A DNA stretch of 62,686 nucleotides, filler included, from Chiloscyllium plagiosum (taxonomy: Eukaryota), in the NCBI RefSeq assembly GCF_004010195.1. It is 3 parts of one record of this genome, joined end to end, with 100 filler letters (N's around TTAATTAATTAA, not from the genome) between each part and the next. Parts side by side here need not be neighbours in the genome. Positions count along the whole stretch, not along the records: positions 17,391 to 45,865 come from NC_057713.1; positions 45,966 to 62,686 come from NC_057713.1; 1 more part is not named here. One strand, given 5' to 3'. Positions 37,987 through 48,628 of this stretch are shown here, piece after piece. Made by a program: the position numbers and the translations under genes. The notes beneath the pieces were generated by a model. The model had not been told where the DNA came from. It did not search any database and worked only from the letters and a program-made list of their open reading frames with translations. Numbering within the stretch: the stretch's first letter is position 1; each line of letters starts with the position of its first letter.

Positions 37987-38095
37987 GAGGAAAACAGCCC
38001 CCATTAGGGCAGAAAATGTCAAGGTTGGTGATTAGCTGCCCAACATTCAGCTCTTGATCTTATATGCAGAATGTATTGAATCTGACTACCCTGCA
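37987..38095 (+). mobile_element. Possible PIF/Harbinger Myb/SANT-like ORF remnant
   Basis: After tctctcattccAG, one frame reads RKTAPIRAENVKVGD*LPNIQLLILYAE, loosely like the Harbinger EKxAHNRxExxKTGGG motif. Weak similarity only. Confidence 0.35.
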
Positions 38096-38898
38096 TGGCT
38101 GACTGACTATTTGCAAGTCCTTGGACTGGAATCAGAGGTCGGCCTTGACTTCCTATATGATCCTGGTATCTCTGGCTATAGGGGCAAAACAGAAAAAGTC
38201 AAGGCAGTACAAACCAAGGATGATGTGAGCAATAAAAGCAAAGATCCTGGAGCCGCAATCTGGTCCAGTCCATGAGCTGGGTTGTGTCCTTCAGTGCACA
38301 TTGTCCTTGCTTCAGCAATTTATCAGTAGGTGCAGCGTTGAAGTGTGGAAGTATCCTGGAAGTGGATCAGTGATGTACCTTGAGGGTTCTTAGAGGCTGG
38401 TATTTGTCAGATGGCAATACCTGTGGACTTTGGATACATATGGCCACTGCCAATGGAGCGTGCCCTGTGATTTTGGTGCCCGGTGTCCAACATCAAGATC
38501 TTTTGGAGCAAGTGGTGAGATGAATTTGCCAGTTCCTGCTTTGGTTTTCATTTTGAGGTTTCAAAACACAGCTTACTTGGCAAGCTTGTTTGGATAGAAA
38601 GCTGAATATTAATGAGGCAAGATGGGCCATGAAGAAGGTGTTTAACAAATTTTAATCTCACTTTGGCAACTTGCCATTGCCTAGTAAGACATTCAACACG
38701 CTGCTTGTGACAAACATAAAGGAGAAGCATGATTCTCTGACTGTAAAGGTGGGCCTTGCCAGAATTCTTGACCAATTTTGTCAGAACCTCACCATAACCC
38801 ATGTTGGTCAGACCCATTTAACTTTCTGCCCAATGCAATGGAAAGTTTGAAGTGGATATGGGACTGGGGTTGCAATAATATGATAGCGGCATAAAAGG

Positions 38899-39674
38899 TG
38901 TGACGATGCTGTTCCTTTAATAAGGTTATTGTGTCCTTGTAGAAAGTGAGGACTGCAGATGCTGGAGACCAGAGTTGAAAAATGTGGTGCTGGAAAAACA
39001 CAGCAGGCCAGGCAGCAACTGAGGAGCAGGAGAATCGATGTTTCAGGCATAAGCCCTTCTTCAGGAATCTTGGTGTCCTTGTTTTTTTTTTCTCAGTGAG
39101 ATCATAAAAGTCACAGACTCTGAAAAGTCTAAGGTTGGTTGGGATTTAGGGCCAGTTTGATTATAGCCAACAGATACTGCCTCGGAAAAATGGCTTTCAA
39201 GTTTTAAAAAATTCACCTTAGTACAGTGAAAGGGGAGTGGCCACTGTTCCCAACTCAGCTTTTCTCTGGTTTGGTTTTAGCACAGTAGTGTTTTTGTAGC
39301 TGCAGGACCAAAAGAAATAGGTCCAAGCTGGTGCTCTCTCTTTCTGACTTCTGTCCCGTAAGACCCTCTGTTTGATTTTACCTTTTAGTGCCAAGGGGTG
39401 TTTATGGGGATTGTTGCAAGTATTTGGAACAGCATCATTAAGTTGGGATAATCTGTTGGGTTTTCAGATTAAGTTATTCTATATTCTGTTCTCTTTTGAT
39501 TTTGTTTCATTCAGTAATCTTGTAAATAAATTCTGTTTTGTTTAAACTAAGTCGTTCGACTAACTGCAGCCCTCCTGGAATATCCATGTTACACCTGCTT
39601 AAAACAACTAGCAAAGTTCGGGTCTGAGCCACTTTCTTGAAATGTTTCGAAGGGGTCTGGCCTGGTCCAGAACA
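38899..39674 (+). mobile_element. Solo LTR family A carrying an inserted family A hammerhead element
   Basis: Begins tgtgacgatgctgttcctttaa, ends ggcctggtccagaaca. Flanks AAGG/GAGG (4-bp TSD, one mismatch). Confidence 0.78.
38941..39072 (-). mobile_element. Family A PLE-derived single-arm element with 10-bp TSD
   Basis: TSD gtgtccttgt at 38931-38940 and 39073-39082. Minus-strand core CTGAAGA-A-GGGC-TTAT-GCCT-GAAA-CATC at 39037-39064. Confidence 0.85.
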
Positions 39675-41124
39675 GAGGCATTATGTTTAGCACCTTTTCT
39701 CCACAAACACTAAACTCCTAAGGATAACAGGAAAGTAATATGTCACAATTTTTACAATTGAAGTTACATTGTGTGCCAGTTTTCTGCCAGTTCACAGGCA
39801 ATGGCATGAAACCTTTAACTATCGAGTGTCACAGCAAGCTTTATTGCTTTCTGAAAATGAAAAATCTAAATTAAATTGAAAACTGAGGTGGATTCCAAAT
39901 CATAATATACAGCTCTTTTACGGTATAGAGTATACAGAGAGTAAGGTGCTGAGAAAGTAACCAAAGTGTGTTGTTGCAATGCATCCAATAGAACGTGTAT
40001 CCAGCAGCCAATGTGCTGAGTACATGTTCTGAATGAAGCAGCCCTCCCTGATAATTTTGCACTTGTCACTCACCTTTACATGAAGCATGCCTATTATTTA
40101 TTTAGTAGGTGGGGCAACCATTCTCTTTGAAAGCTCACTGCAAGTATTTGCAACATCTGTTAGTTTGTAGATGACATTATGATGGATATTTTCAATGTAA
40201 AGGGTGTCACATTATTAATAAAATAAATTAATTTCTTTTTTCTTCAATTAAGCCCCAAACAGAATAGAGGGGGAGTGGAAGAAAAAATATCATCTCTGCA
40301 ATTAAATGACATCTTCACTGAATCCTGGAAAATTAGATGCACTGCATTTGCACAGATTGCATAATTCATATTTAGCTTGCAGTGTCTCAGCGATGGTATT
40401 AATATAAATCTGAGCTTGAACTTTCAGGAAAGGCTGAGGGAGTGTTGCTGTTTTCCAGAGATTTTCTGGTGAGTTTATATCAATTTCTTTATGTCAATAT
40501 TTTTTCTTCAGCAGCTGATATTTCTTATATTCAAATTGAGTACTTCAATGCAACTGCACAAACTACTTCGTTCATAATGCCACAATTTCATTTTCTCTTG
40601 TATTCTTGTGATCTGACCCTGGATGAGTTTCCGTAATTTATTAAGGTTCCAGATTGTATGCCCCAAATTATTGAGCTCCCATCTAAAGATTGGTAGACTG
40701 ACTCCCCTTGAATATTCACCTATATCCTTGGTTATTTACAACAATGTTAATTTAAAAGGAACTTTTTCCGTGTAGGCATCTACTTCCCAAACCCAAATGA
40801 GCAGATGCTTTGAAAAGAACAATTTAACAAGTCTCTCTTAAAATAACAAAATAATGGATTTATTCATTTTTCGTTTAATTACCAAACATGAGAAAATAAT
40901 ACCCCACACAGACACAATGATTAGCAATAATAGTTACATTCAAGTTAATAGAACTTATAAGTAATAAACATAGCCTCTGGTTTGTTTGTGAGAAGCAGAT
41001 ATGAAGATGTTGTGGTTGCTACCAATAGTACTGTCATTGACAATTGAGCAGCCAATTTTAAGATTCTTGCTTTTTGCAGGTTGGTTGAAATTCTGATTCC
41101 TTTCAACAGCAGCTGAATTCCAGC

Positions 41125-41233
41125 ATTCCTGATGAAGGGCTTATGCTCCTTGGATGCTGCCTGACCTGCTGTGCTTTTCCAGCACTACACTTTTGACTCT
41201 GATCTTCAGCGTCTGCAGTCCGCACTTTCACCT
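41125..41233 (+). mobile_element. Family A PLE-derived element with internal deletion of the GAAAC-GUC half of the core
   Basis: attcctgatgaagggcttatgc joined directly to tccttggatgctgcctgacc. Confidence 0.8.
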
Positions 41234-41428
41234 GGAGTATAGGAGTGCTAAAGTATCTGTACTCAAAGCCGTGGCTTTCACAGTATCAAGCCCACACACT
41301 AAGATGTCCGACCAGTAACATAGACTAGTGTTGCTATAAGTTTTTAACTCTTCTTTTGGTATATTCCTGGATGACAAAACACACATGTCTGCAAGAGCCA
41401 GTTTTCTGTTGAGAGGAGTGGAAGATAT

Positions 41429-41733
41429 GGGCAGCATGGTGGCGCAGTGGTTAGCACTGCTGCCTCACAGCGCCAGAGACCTGGGTTCAATTCCTGCCTC
41501 GGACAACTGTCTGTGTGGAGTTTGCACATTCTCCCCGTGTCTGTGTGGGTTTCCTCCGGGTGTTCCGGTTTCCTCCCACAGTTACAAAGATGTGCAGGTT
41601 AGGTGAATTGGCCAAGCTAAATTGTCCGTAGTGTCAGGTGTAGGGGAATGGGTCTGTGTGGGTTGCTCTTCAGAGGGTCAGTGTGGACTTGTTGGGCCGA
41701 AGGGCCTGTTTCCACACTGTAAGAAATCTAATA
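41429..41733 (+). mobile_element. HE1-type SINE, well preserved
   Basis: A-box tggcgcagtgg, B-box ggttcaattcc, V-domain and tail gggccgaagggcctgtttcc. Confidence 0.92.
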
Positions 41734-43152
41734 GTCAGCTTTCTCGTTATCGCTTTTTGTGAAGTTTCTCTCTGTTTGAAGTTTCCTTGACACTTTGCAG
41801 GTGCAACATTCCATGAGCTTCATGTGGACTTTGCCAGATAATCACTCAATTTACATCCACAGTTTTGATTTCTCTAGCAGTCCTTTTATTTAATCAAAGT
41901 TGGAATTGAAGGTAATAAAATGTAAAGCTATAAATTCTTTAGAGGTCTGATCTTTCATCATAACAATACTAACTTTTGTTTGTTTTTACACGTCCTTGAA
42001 GATTTTGATTTGAAGTACGCAGCGTGAGTATTACATCTCTAAGAGATTTCATTACTTGATTTTCTTCTGAGTTTCTACTGTAATACTGTAGAGACAAAAT
42101 CCATGTTGAAATTTTTTCAAAGTGGCCATGTATCCAAGTCCATTTGCTCAGAACAGACCTTTTGAAATATGGCAGTTTCTGACTACAAACCTGTTTTGGC
42201 TTTTCTTTTGTATCCCATAAATTTGAGGGAGCATATAAAACAAAGAAGTGGAGGTAGAGAGGGAAAGCCTGAGGGAAGGATAAAAAGTTGTTTGTGTTAA
42301 TAGATCAATAAAAAAAGATCAGTTGAATTGTGGAGCCATCTAATTACATTAGCTGTTGAGACATAAACAACAAGATACAAAGAGAAATAAGACTCGGAGG
42401 GCTAGGAATGAAACAGAGAAAAGACAGGAAGGCTAACAGATACTTCTATTTTCCTCTTTGTTACTTGATTTCTGTTTTAAAACCAGGGTCCATGTTGAAA
42501 ATGTGATAAAGATAATAGATTGAAAACATCCAAAATGGAAGAGAGTAAAGTCAAATCAGTAATTCCACTTTATGCATTATAGGTAAAGGAAAAACAAAAG
42601 ATGCAAAAGAGAGAGAAGTATAAATGTAGAGGATTACTTATTGCGTATCACCAAAGGGGTGTTCTTTATGAAAAAACATAAGGAACAAACTAAATGAATT
42701 GTATTTTCAAATTCAGCTTTGGATGGTATGACATCATGAGGGAGCTTGTTGCATGACAGTCAAGACTGGGAACTAAATGTATCAAGTTTAATGGTCTATA
42801 GAAATGATAGGGAAAATAGGAGGAAAAGGTGTAGCCATCATAATTGAAGATGGGTTTGCTGAACTTACGAAATCATTTCAATGAAATGAGAGGATATAGC
42901 AAACGGTTAGCAAGGAGAGGAGCGTTTTGGGTTAGAATTAAGAAATAGATAAGGGTTTGAGCCTGTAATGGGAATTTTGTGCAGACATCCTGGCAGTAGT
43001 TTTGGATGTCAGTTTGCCTCTGACAGGGTGTTTTATCAGGTGAACTTGTTTGTCAACTTGGTTATCTTGCTGTTTGTTGCTGTACTCGACATTACCAACA
43101 GTCAGCATCATTGGAGTGTTAATCCTTACTCTCTTAATACAGGCTGAGAAAA

Positions 43153-43250
43153 CCTGAAGAAGAGTCAGTGGACTCAAAGCATTGACTCTGCTTTTTCTCC
43201 TGCCAGATCTGCTGAGTTTCTCCAACAACTTCCACTTTTGTATCAAATTA
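43153..43250 (+). mobile_element. Family B PLE-derived repeat with decayed hammerhead core
   Basis: CTGAAGA-A-GAGTC-agtg-GACTC-aaag-catt, then ctgccagatctgctgagtttctccaac. Confidence 0.65.
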
Positions 43251-43269
43251 CCTCAGATATTTCTTTTAT

Positions 43270-44200
43270 ACAGTGAGGCCAGCCCTAAATAATGATCATT
43301 TCCAACTCTTGTGGTTGGTCATCTTTGGCACTTGCTGATTGCAACATTTCAAAGATTCTGGGAAAATTGTATCAGATCAGTCTTGAGAAGATCTTCAAAT
43401 GTGGAGTCTAGAGCATCAACATGTAGAGCAATCCATCTTAAAGGTATTCCCACTGTGACCCTATCTGGAGGTTCCAAAATTATTGTGACCACTCAGTGAT
43501 TTACATGGCGAAGAAGTCCTATCAGAACAAGGGCAGAGGTGTCAGCCCAAGTCTTCAGCTCAACAACTACAATCCCCACTTTGGGAAACCCTGCGTTGAT
43601 CAAGAGAAATATCTTGCTCTTCCTGTGGTTTGGGTAATCTGCTCAGTTTATGTTTCTCTGCAAATTCAGATCCTTTGAGATTGTTGACTGACTCGATTGT
43701 GCCATGTTCTGCCACAGTTGGTTTGGTTTGAATCTCATGAATTGTGATTGGTAGATTTTGGGGGGTTAAGAGAACCTTGTATATTGGAGCTGCAGTATGA
43801 TCCTACAAGGTATCCCGTGAGATGGTAAGGCTACTCTATGGAGTGCCACTTGCTGAGGGACATGTCTTTCAGGATGCATATTGGTAATATATTGACATTA
43901 GCTTCTGTGTCAATATTAGTCTTCTTGTGTGTGATCCCACCTTTTCAGGACAAATGGTATTAATAATTGTCAATGCTTCTCATCTTGTGCCATTGATCTG
44001 ATGTGTGAAGTAACAATGTAAAAGGCTTGGACACCTTGTTTGACTCTAAACCTCATTGATGTATTTGCATCAGTGCCTATTCTAAAGATGTTCTTGCTGC
44101 CAATCTATGGTGTTACACCATCTTGTCAGTCACTGTGGTAAATTCTGGAGTCTGCCTTAATCATTGGAACCAGATTTTCGGTAGATGCATGTCCAATGTC
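43270..44200 (-). mobile_element. Decayed Gypsy gag-pol remnant (aspartic protease region)
   Basis: Minus strand near 43865-43920 reads NIDTEANVNILPICILKDM, a decayed IDTGAxxNILP protease motif. Boundaries uncertain. Confidence 0.5.
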
Positions 44201-45039
44201 TCTTGGTCACATACACAATGGCCTACTCCCCAAAGTTGTTCACTGTCTGCAAAGCAGAAGTCGAGAGTATGATGGAACACTCTCCACTCGTCTGGATGAA
44301 TGCAGCTTCAACAACACTCAAGAAAGTTAACATCATTCAGGCAGAGCAGCCTATTTGATTGGCTTCAAATTCACAATCATTCACTCTCTCCACCACCAAT
44401 ACACATTAGCATTAGCATGTACTATCGACAAGATATGCTAAGAAAATTCAGTAAGGATCCTTCGACAGCACTTTCCATAACGCATGACAACTTCCATCTA
44501 GAAAGACATGGGTGGTAGATACATGGGAGCACCGCCATCTACAAATTCCCCTCAACACCCTGACTTGGAAACATATCACTATTCCTTCAGCATCAGTCAA
44601 TCAAAATTCTGGAATTCTTTCCAATGGCATTGTGCATATATCTACAGCATGTCATTCAAGCAGTATATCTACTACAGTGGTTCAAGAACATAGTTCATCA
44701 CCACCTTCTCCAGGGTAACTGTAGATTGACAATACATGTTGGTCCAGCCAGCGATGCCTTCATCCCCTGAATGATTAACACAATGAGAATAAGTAATATT
44801 GTTAAAATTGGGCCCAATTTCTCCTCAAATCAAAAGCTAGATCAGCAAACCATGGTAGATTTATAATGTGCCTACCAGACTTAGTTATGAGCTTAACAGT
44901 GCATGAATAGTTAACAGTTCATTTAGTAGCACCATGACATGGCTGAGTTTGGCACAGTATTTGAAAGCAAGAAGCATCAAACTTCACCTAAGCTATTAGA
45001 TTTACGTATGGATGACTTAAATAGCAGGAGACAGTGACT

Positions 45040-45475
45040 GTGTGCTGAAAAGTTGGCAAATCTGTTCCTGTCAAGTGGAGGTACAGTGCCTAGAAAGGGA
45101 TTTAGATCTGTTAAGTGAGTGGGGGAAGAAATGGCAGTTGGAGTATAATGTGAGAAAATGTGAACTTGTCCACTTTGGCAGCAAGAATATAAAAAAACGG
45201 TGTACTGTTGAACTGAAAGCAGATTGCAGAACTCAGTTGCCCAGAAGGACTTGAATGTTCGGGTATTTAAATCCCCGAATGTTAGCATGCAGAAACAAGA
45301 AGCAATTAGAAAAATGAATGGAATGTTGTTTTTACTGCAAGGGGAATGAAATGGATGTTTTATTGGAACTGTACAGAGTCTTCTCCAAATTTTAAAAGGA
45401 ATAGAACTGCATTGAAAGCAGAGATACTTCACTTAACTCATTCCTGGAGTGAAGGATTTATTTTAAGAAAGATTA
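45040..45475 (+). mobile_element. Old CR1 RT fragment
   Basis: Translates LERDLDLLSEWGKKWQLEYNVRKCELVHFGSKN. Confidence 0.8.
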
Positions 45476-46561
45476 GAAGAACATAGAACATAGAAGAACA
45501 TAGAAAAATACAGCGCAGTCAGGCCCTTTGGCCCTCGATGTTGCGCCGATCCAAGCCCACCTAACCTACACTAGCCCACTATCCTCCATATGCCTATCCC
45601 ATGCCCGTTTAAATGCCCATAAAGAGGGAGAGTTCACCACTGCTACTGGCAGGGCATTCCATGAACTCACGACTCGCTGAGTAAAGAATCTACCCCTAAC
45701 ATCTGTCCTATACCTACCACCCCTTAATTTAAAGCTATGCCCCCTCGTAATAGCTGACTCCATACGTAGAAAAAGGTTCTCATGGTCAACCCTAACTAAA
45801 CCCCTAATCATCTTGTACACCCCTATCAAGTCACCCCTAAACCTTCTTTACTCCAATGAAAACAGNNNNNNNNNNNNNNNNNNNNNNNNNNNNNNNNNNN
45901 NNNNNNNNNTTAATTAATTAANNNNNNNNNNNNNNNNNNNNNNNNNNNNNNNNNNNNNNNNNNNNTTATTTTTTAGGGGAACGACCACAGGGGAACCCTG
46001 CACTGCCTTCTTCTTCCCCTTCCCACCTCTAACTGTTACCCAGCTATCTCTGTTCTCTGGCGTAACTATGTCCCTGTAGCTTCTTTCTATCACCTTCTCA
46101 GCCTCTCGAATAATCCTCAGTTCATCCAACTCCAGTTCCAGTTCCCTAACTCGTTCTGTGAGGAGCAGGATCTGACTGCATTTCCTGCAGATGAAGTCGG
46201 CAGGAGTATCGGTGGTCACCCCTACCTCAAACATCCAGCAGGAGGAACATTCCACTGCCTGCACTGCCATTACTCTACACTTCGTCTCCAAAGCAAGAAC
46301 ACTAAGTAGCTTACCTGTGAACTTTAAAGTTAGGTTAGAGGAGGAGGATGGGAGGGAGGCCCTACTATGTAGGGCCTGGGGTCTAGAACACACCCACTCA
46401 AATATCAATCACTTACCTTCCCAACCAGCTCTGCGCTCCAACCTCACTTCCGCCCAGCTCGCGCCGCTCTCTGCTGAGAAAAGACCGTTGGCGTCGAGGT
46501 AAGTTCTTTATATATCACTTACCTTCCCGACCAGCTCTGCGCTCCAACCTCACTTCCGCCC
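45476..46561 (-). mobile_element. Young, probably full-length CR1 LINE whose interior lies in the assembly gap
   Basis: Right of the gap: 5'UTR and ORF1 start MAVQAVECSSCWMFEV...FICRKCSQILLLTERVRELELELDEL (ATG at 46270; Cys motif + leucine zipper). Left of the gap: open ORF2 C-terminus and a (catagaa)n tail. Confidence 0.8.
45866..45965. other. Assembly gap, 100 nt (44 N + TTAATTAATTAA + 44 N)
   Basis: Directly visible. Confidence 0.99.
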
Positions 46562-47926
46562 GTGTTGAGTTAGATAACATTTGTTTACATTGTGTCTGAA
46601 ACTTGCAAAATACAAAACCACAGCACAAAACTGTTCATATTGTGAATGAATGCAGGCAAGTTTTGCCAGCATTGTTCCAGGGATGTGGAGTTTCATTTAT
46701 GTAGGCAGATTGGAGATGCTGGAACTGATGGCTTCAGAGAAGAAAACATTGAGAGGAGTTTTAGTCAAGGTGTTCAAAATAATGTGGCATCTCAACAATG
46801 TAAACATTTGCATTTCTACAAGGTAAAGAGCCAGAGGGCTCAGGTTTAAGCTGATTGGGAACAAAAACAATGGTGACATGAGGAAAATCTATATTTTTAA
46901 TATGCAGCCAATGGCTAGGATCTGGAAAGGAATGCCTGTTAATATGGTGGAGGCAGATTCAATCAGGCCAGCATTTAATATCTATCCCAAGTTGTTCTTG
47001 AGAAGGTTGTGGTGATGTTTCTTCATGAACCATTGTACTTCATTTAAATGTAAGCAGATCCACAATGCTGTCTTCAACCTCTTTCTCTTTTAACAGGTAT
47101 ACCAGAGAATTTTGTTGGGATTTGCTGTTATGATTAAGCTTTGTAAGCTGCATAAATATGAAGCACAAATGTAATTATACTAAGTGGTAGTGCAATACCA
47201 GACATTAAGAAAGGCACCATGTTTTGCACTGTTCTTCATTGTAGAACACAGCTCGTTTATGATACTGCAATGCAATTAAACTGTAACCTTTAGGGAATAT
47301 AGACCCAGCATTCTCAATATCTTTTAGAAGGCAGTCTCACCATCCCAGGGATTAATCTGGTGGACGTCCCTCTCTGGCAAGTATATCCTTCTTCAGATAC
47401 AGCGTGCCTTGCACTTTTCTAGACTCTTGGAAGACCTTTCAAGATAATTCTTCCTTTTTCCTGGTTATTTTGACATTTGGGTGTTAAAGTGTGTCTTTTT
47501 TAACATTTGCCTTAACGAAGTAAATTCTATGTTTACAGATATTGCTTTTTTGTCATTCTATTAAATAGATCCTTATCACACACTATAATGATCAGATTTT
47601 AATGAGTTAGGTAAAGGGCAACCTTGTTAGATATTAAACTTTGCTTTCTCAGAAAATTATTTTGATACCCTTAGGCTTTTTATTGACCTTCTCTTCACTA
47701 TTCTTGCATCAATTCAGGCAGAAATAAAACTCAATAGGTTTGCAACTTTGACAACGTCAATCATAAACCATTCATTTGTTCAAATCTTGACTATTCCAAT
47801 GCACTTCTGACAATTCTCCAAGTTCTACCTTACAGAATCTCATGGTTATCCAAAGCTCTGCTTGTTATTTCATAACTCAGACCAGCTCCCATTCATTAAT
47901 TACTCCTTTGTTCAACCATTTCCCAG

Positions 47927-48143
47927 CTAAAAATGTGTTGCTGGAAAAGAGCAGCAGGTCAGGCAGCATCCAAGGAGCAGGAGAATCAATGTTTCGGGCA
48001 TGAGCCCTTCTTCAGGAACTGAAGAAAGGCTCATGCCCGAAACGTCGATTCTCCTGCTCCTTGGATGCTGCCTGACCTGCTGCGCTTTTCCAGCAACACA
48101 TTTTCAGCTCTGATCTCCAGCACCTGCAGTCCTCACTTTCTCC
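47927..48143. mobile_element. Family A hairpin PLE-derived element with perfect 15-bp TSD
   Basis: TSD tcaaccatttcccag at 47912-47926 and 48144-48158. About 90-bp inverted arms around 48017. Confidence 0.9.
48019..48046 (+). ncRNA. Minimal type-I hammerhead ribozyme motif (family A)
   Basis: CTGAAGA-A-AGGC-TCAT-GCCC-GAAAC-GTC; the first pair of stem II is an A-C mismatch. Mirror copy on the - strand at 47988-48015 reads CTGAAGA-A-GGGC-TCAT-GCCC-GAAAC-ATT. Confidence 0.7.
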
Positions 48144-48427
48144 TCAACCATTTCCCAGTTAAGCACATTCAATTTAAAATTGGCATCCTGTTGACCACCT
48201 TATTTCTGTAATTTCCATTGATTCCACAACCTTCTAAGATATTTGCTTTTCTTTAATTCTGGCCCGTTGAGAGTTCTGGAATTGTTCCTTCAATTTTGGT
48301 AGTTGTGCCTTCAGTTGCCCAGAACTCAGTCTCTACAATTCCCTTGCTACATCTATTCCTCACTCTACCTTGTTTTCCTCCTTGCCTCACTTCTCAAAAT
48401 TCCATCCCCTTGATCAAGATTTTAGTA

Positions 48428-48628
48428 GTTTCGATCAGAGTGGTGCTGGAAAAAGCACAGCAGGTCAGGCAGCATCCGAGGAGCAGGAAAATCGACGTTT
48501 CGGGCAAAAGCCCTTCATCCTGATATCGATTTTCCTGGTCCTCGGATGCTGCCTGACCTCCTGTGCTTTTCCAGCACCATTCTGATCTAAACTCTGGTTT
48601 TCAGCATCTGCAGTCCTCACTTTTGCCC
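48428..48628. mobile_element. Family A hairpin PLE-derived element with 14-bp TSD (one mismatch)
   Basis: tcaagattttagta at 48414-48427 versus tcaaggttttagta at 48629-48642. Minus-strand core 48494-48521 GATGA-A-GGGC-TTTT-GCCC-GAAAC-GTC lacks its first CU; the + arm lacks the core. Confidence 0.85.

Noticed and set aside
41801..41841. ctttgcAG followed by GATFHELHVDFAR* as the next PKHD1L1 exon
   Set aside because: Phase fits, but there is no convincing similarity to the expected sequence and it stops after 13 codons.
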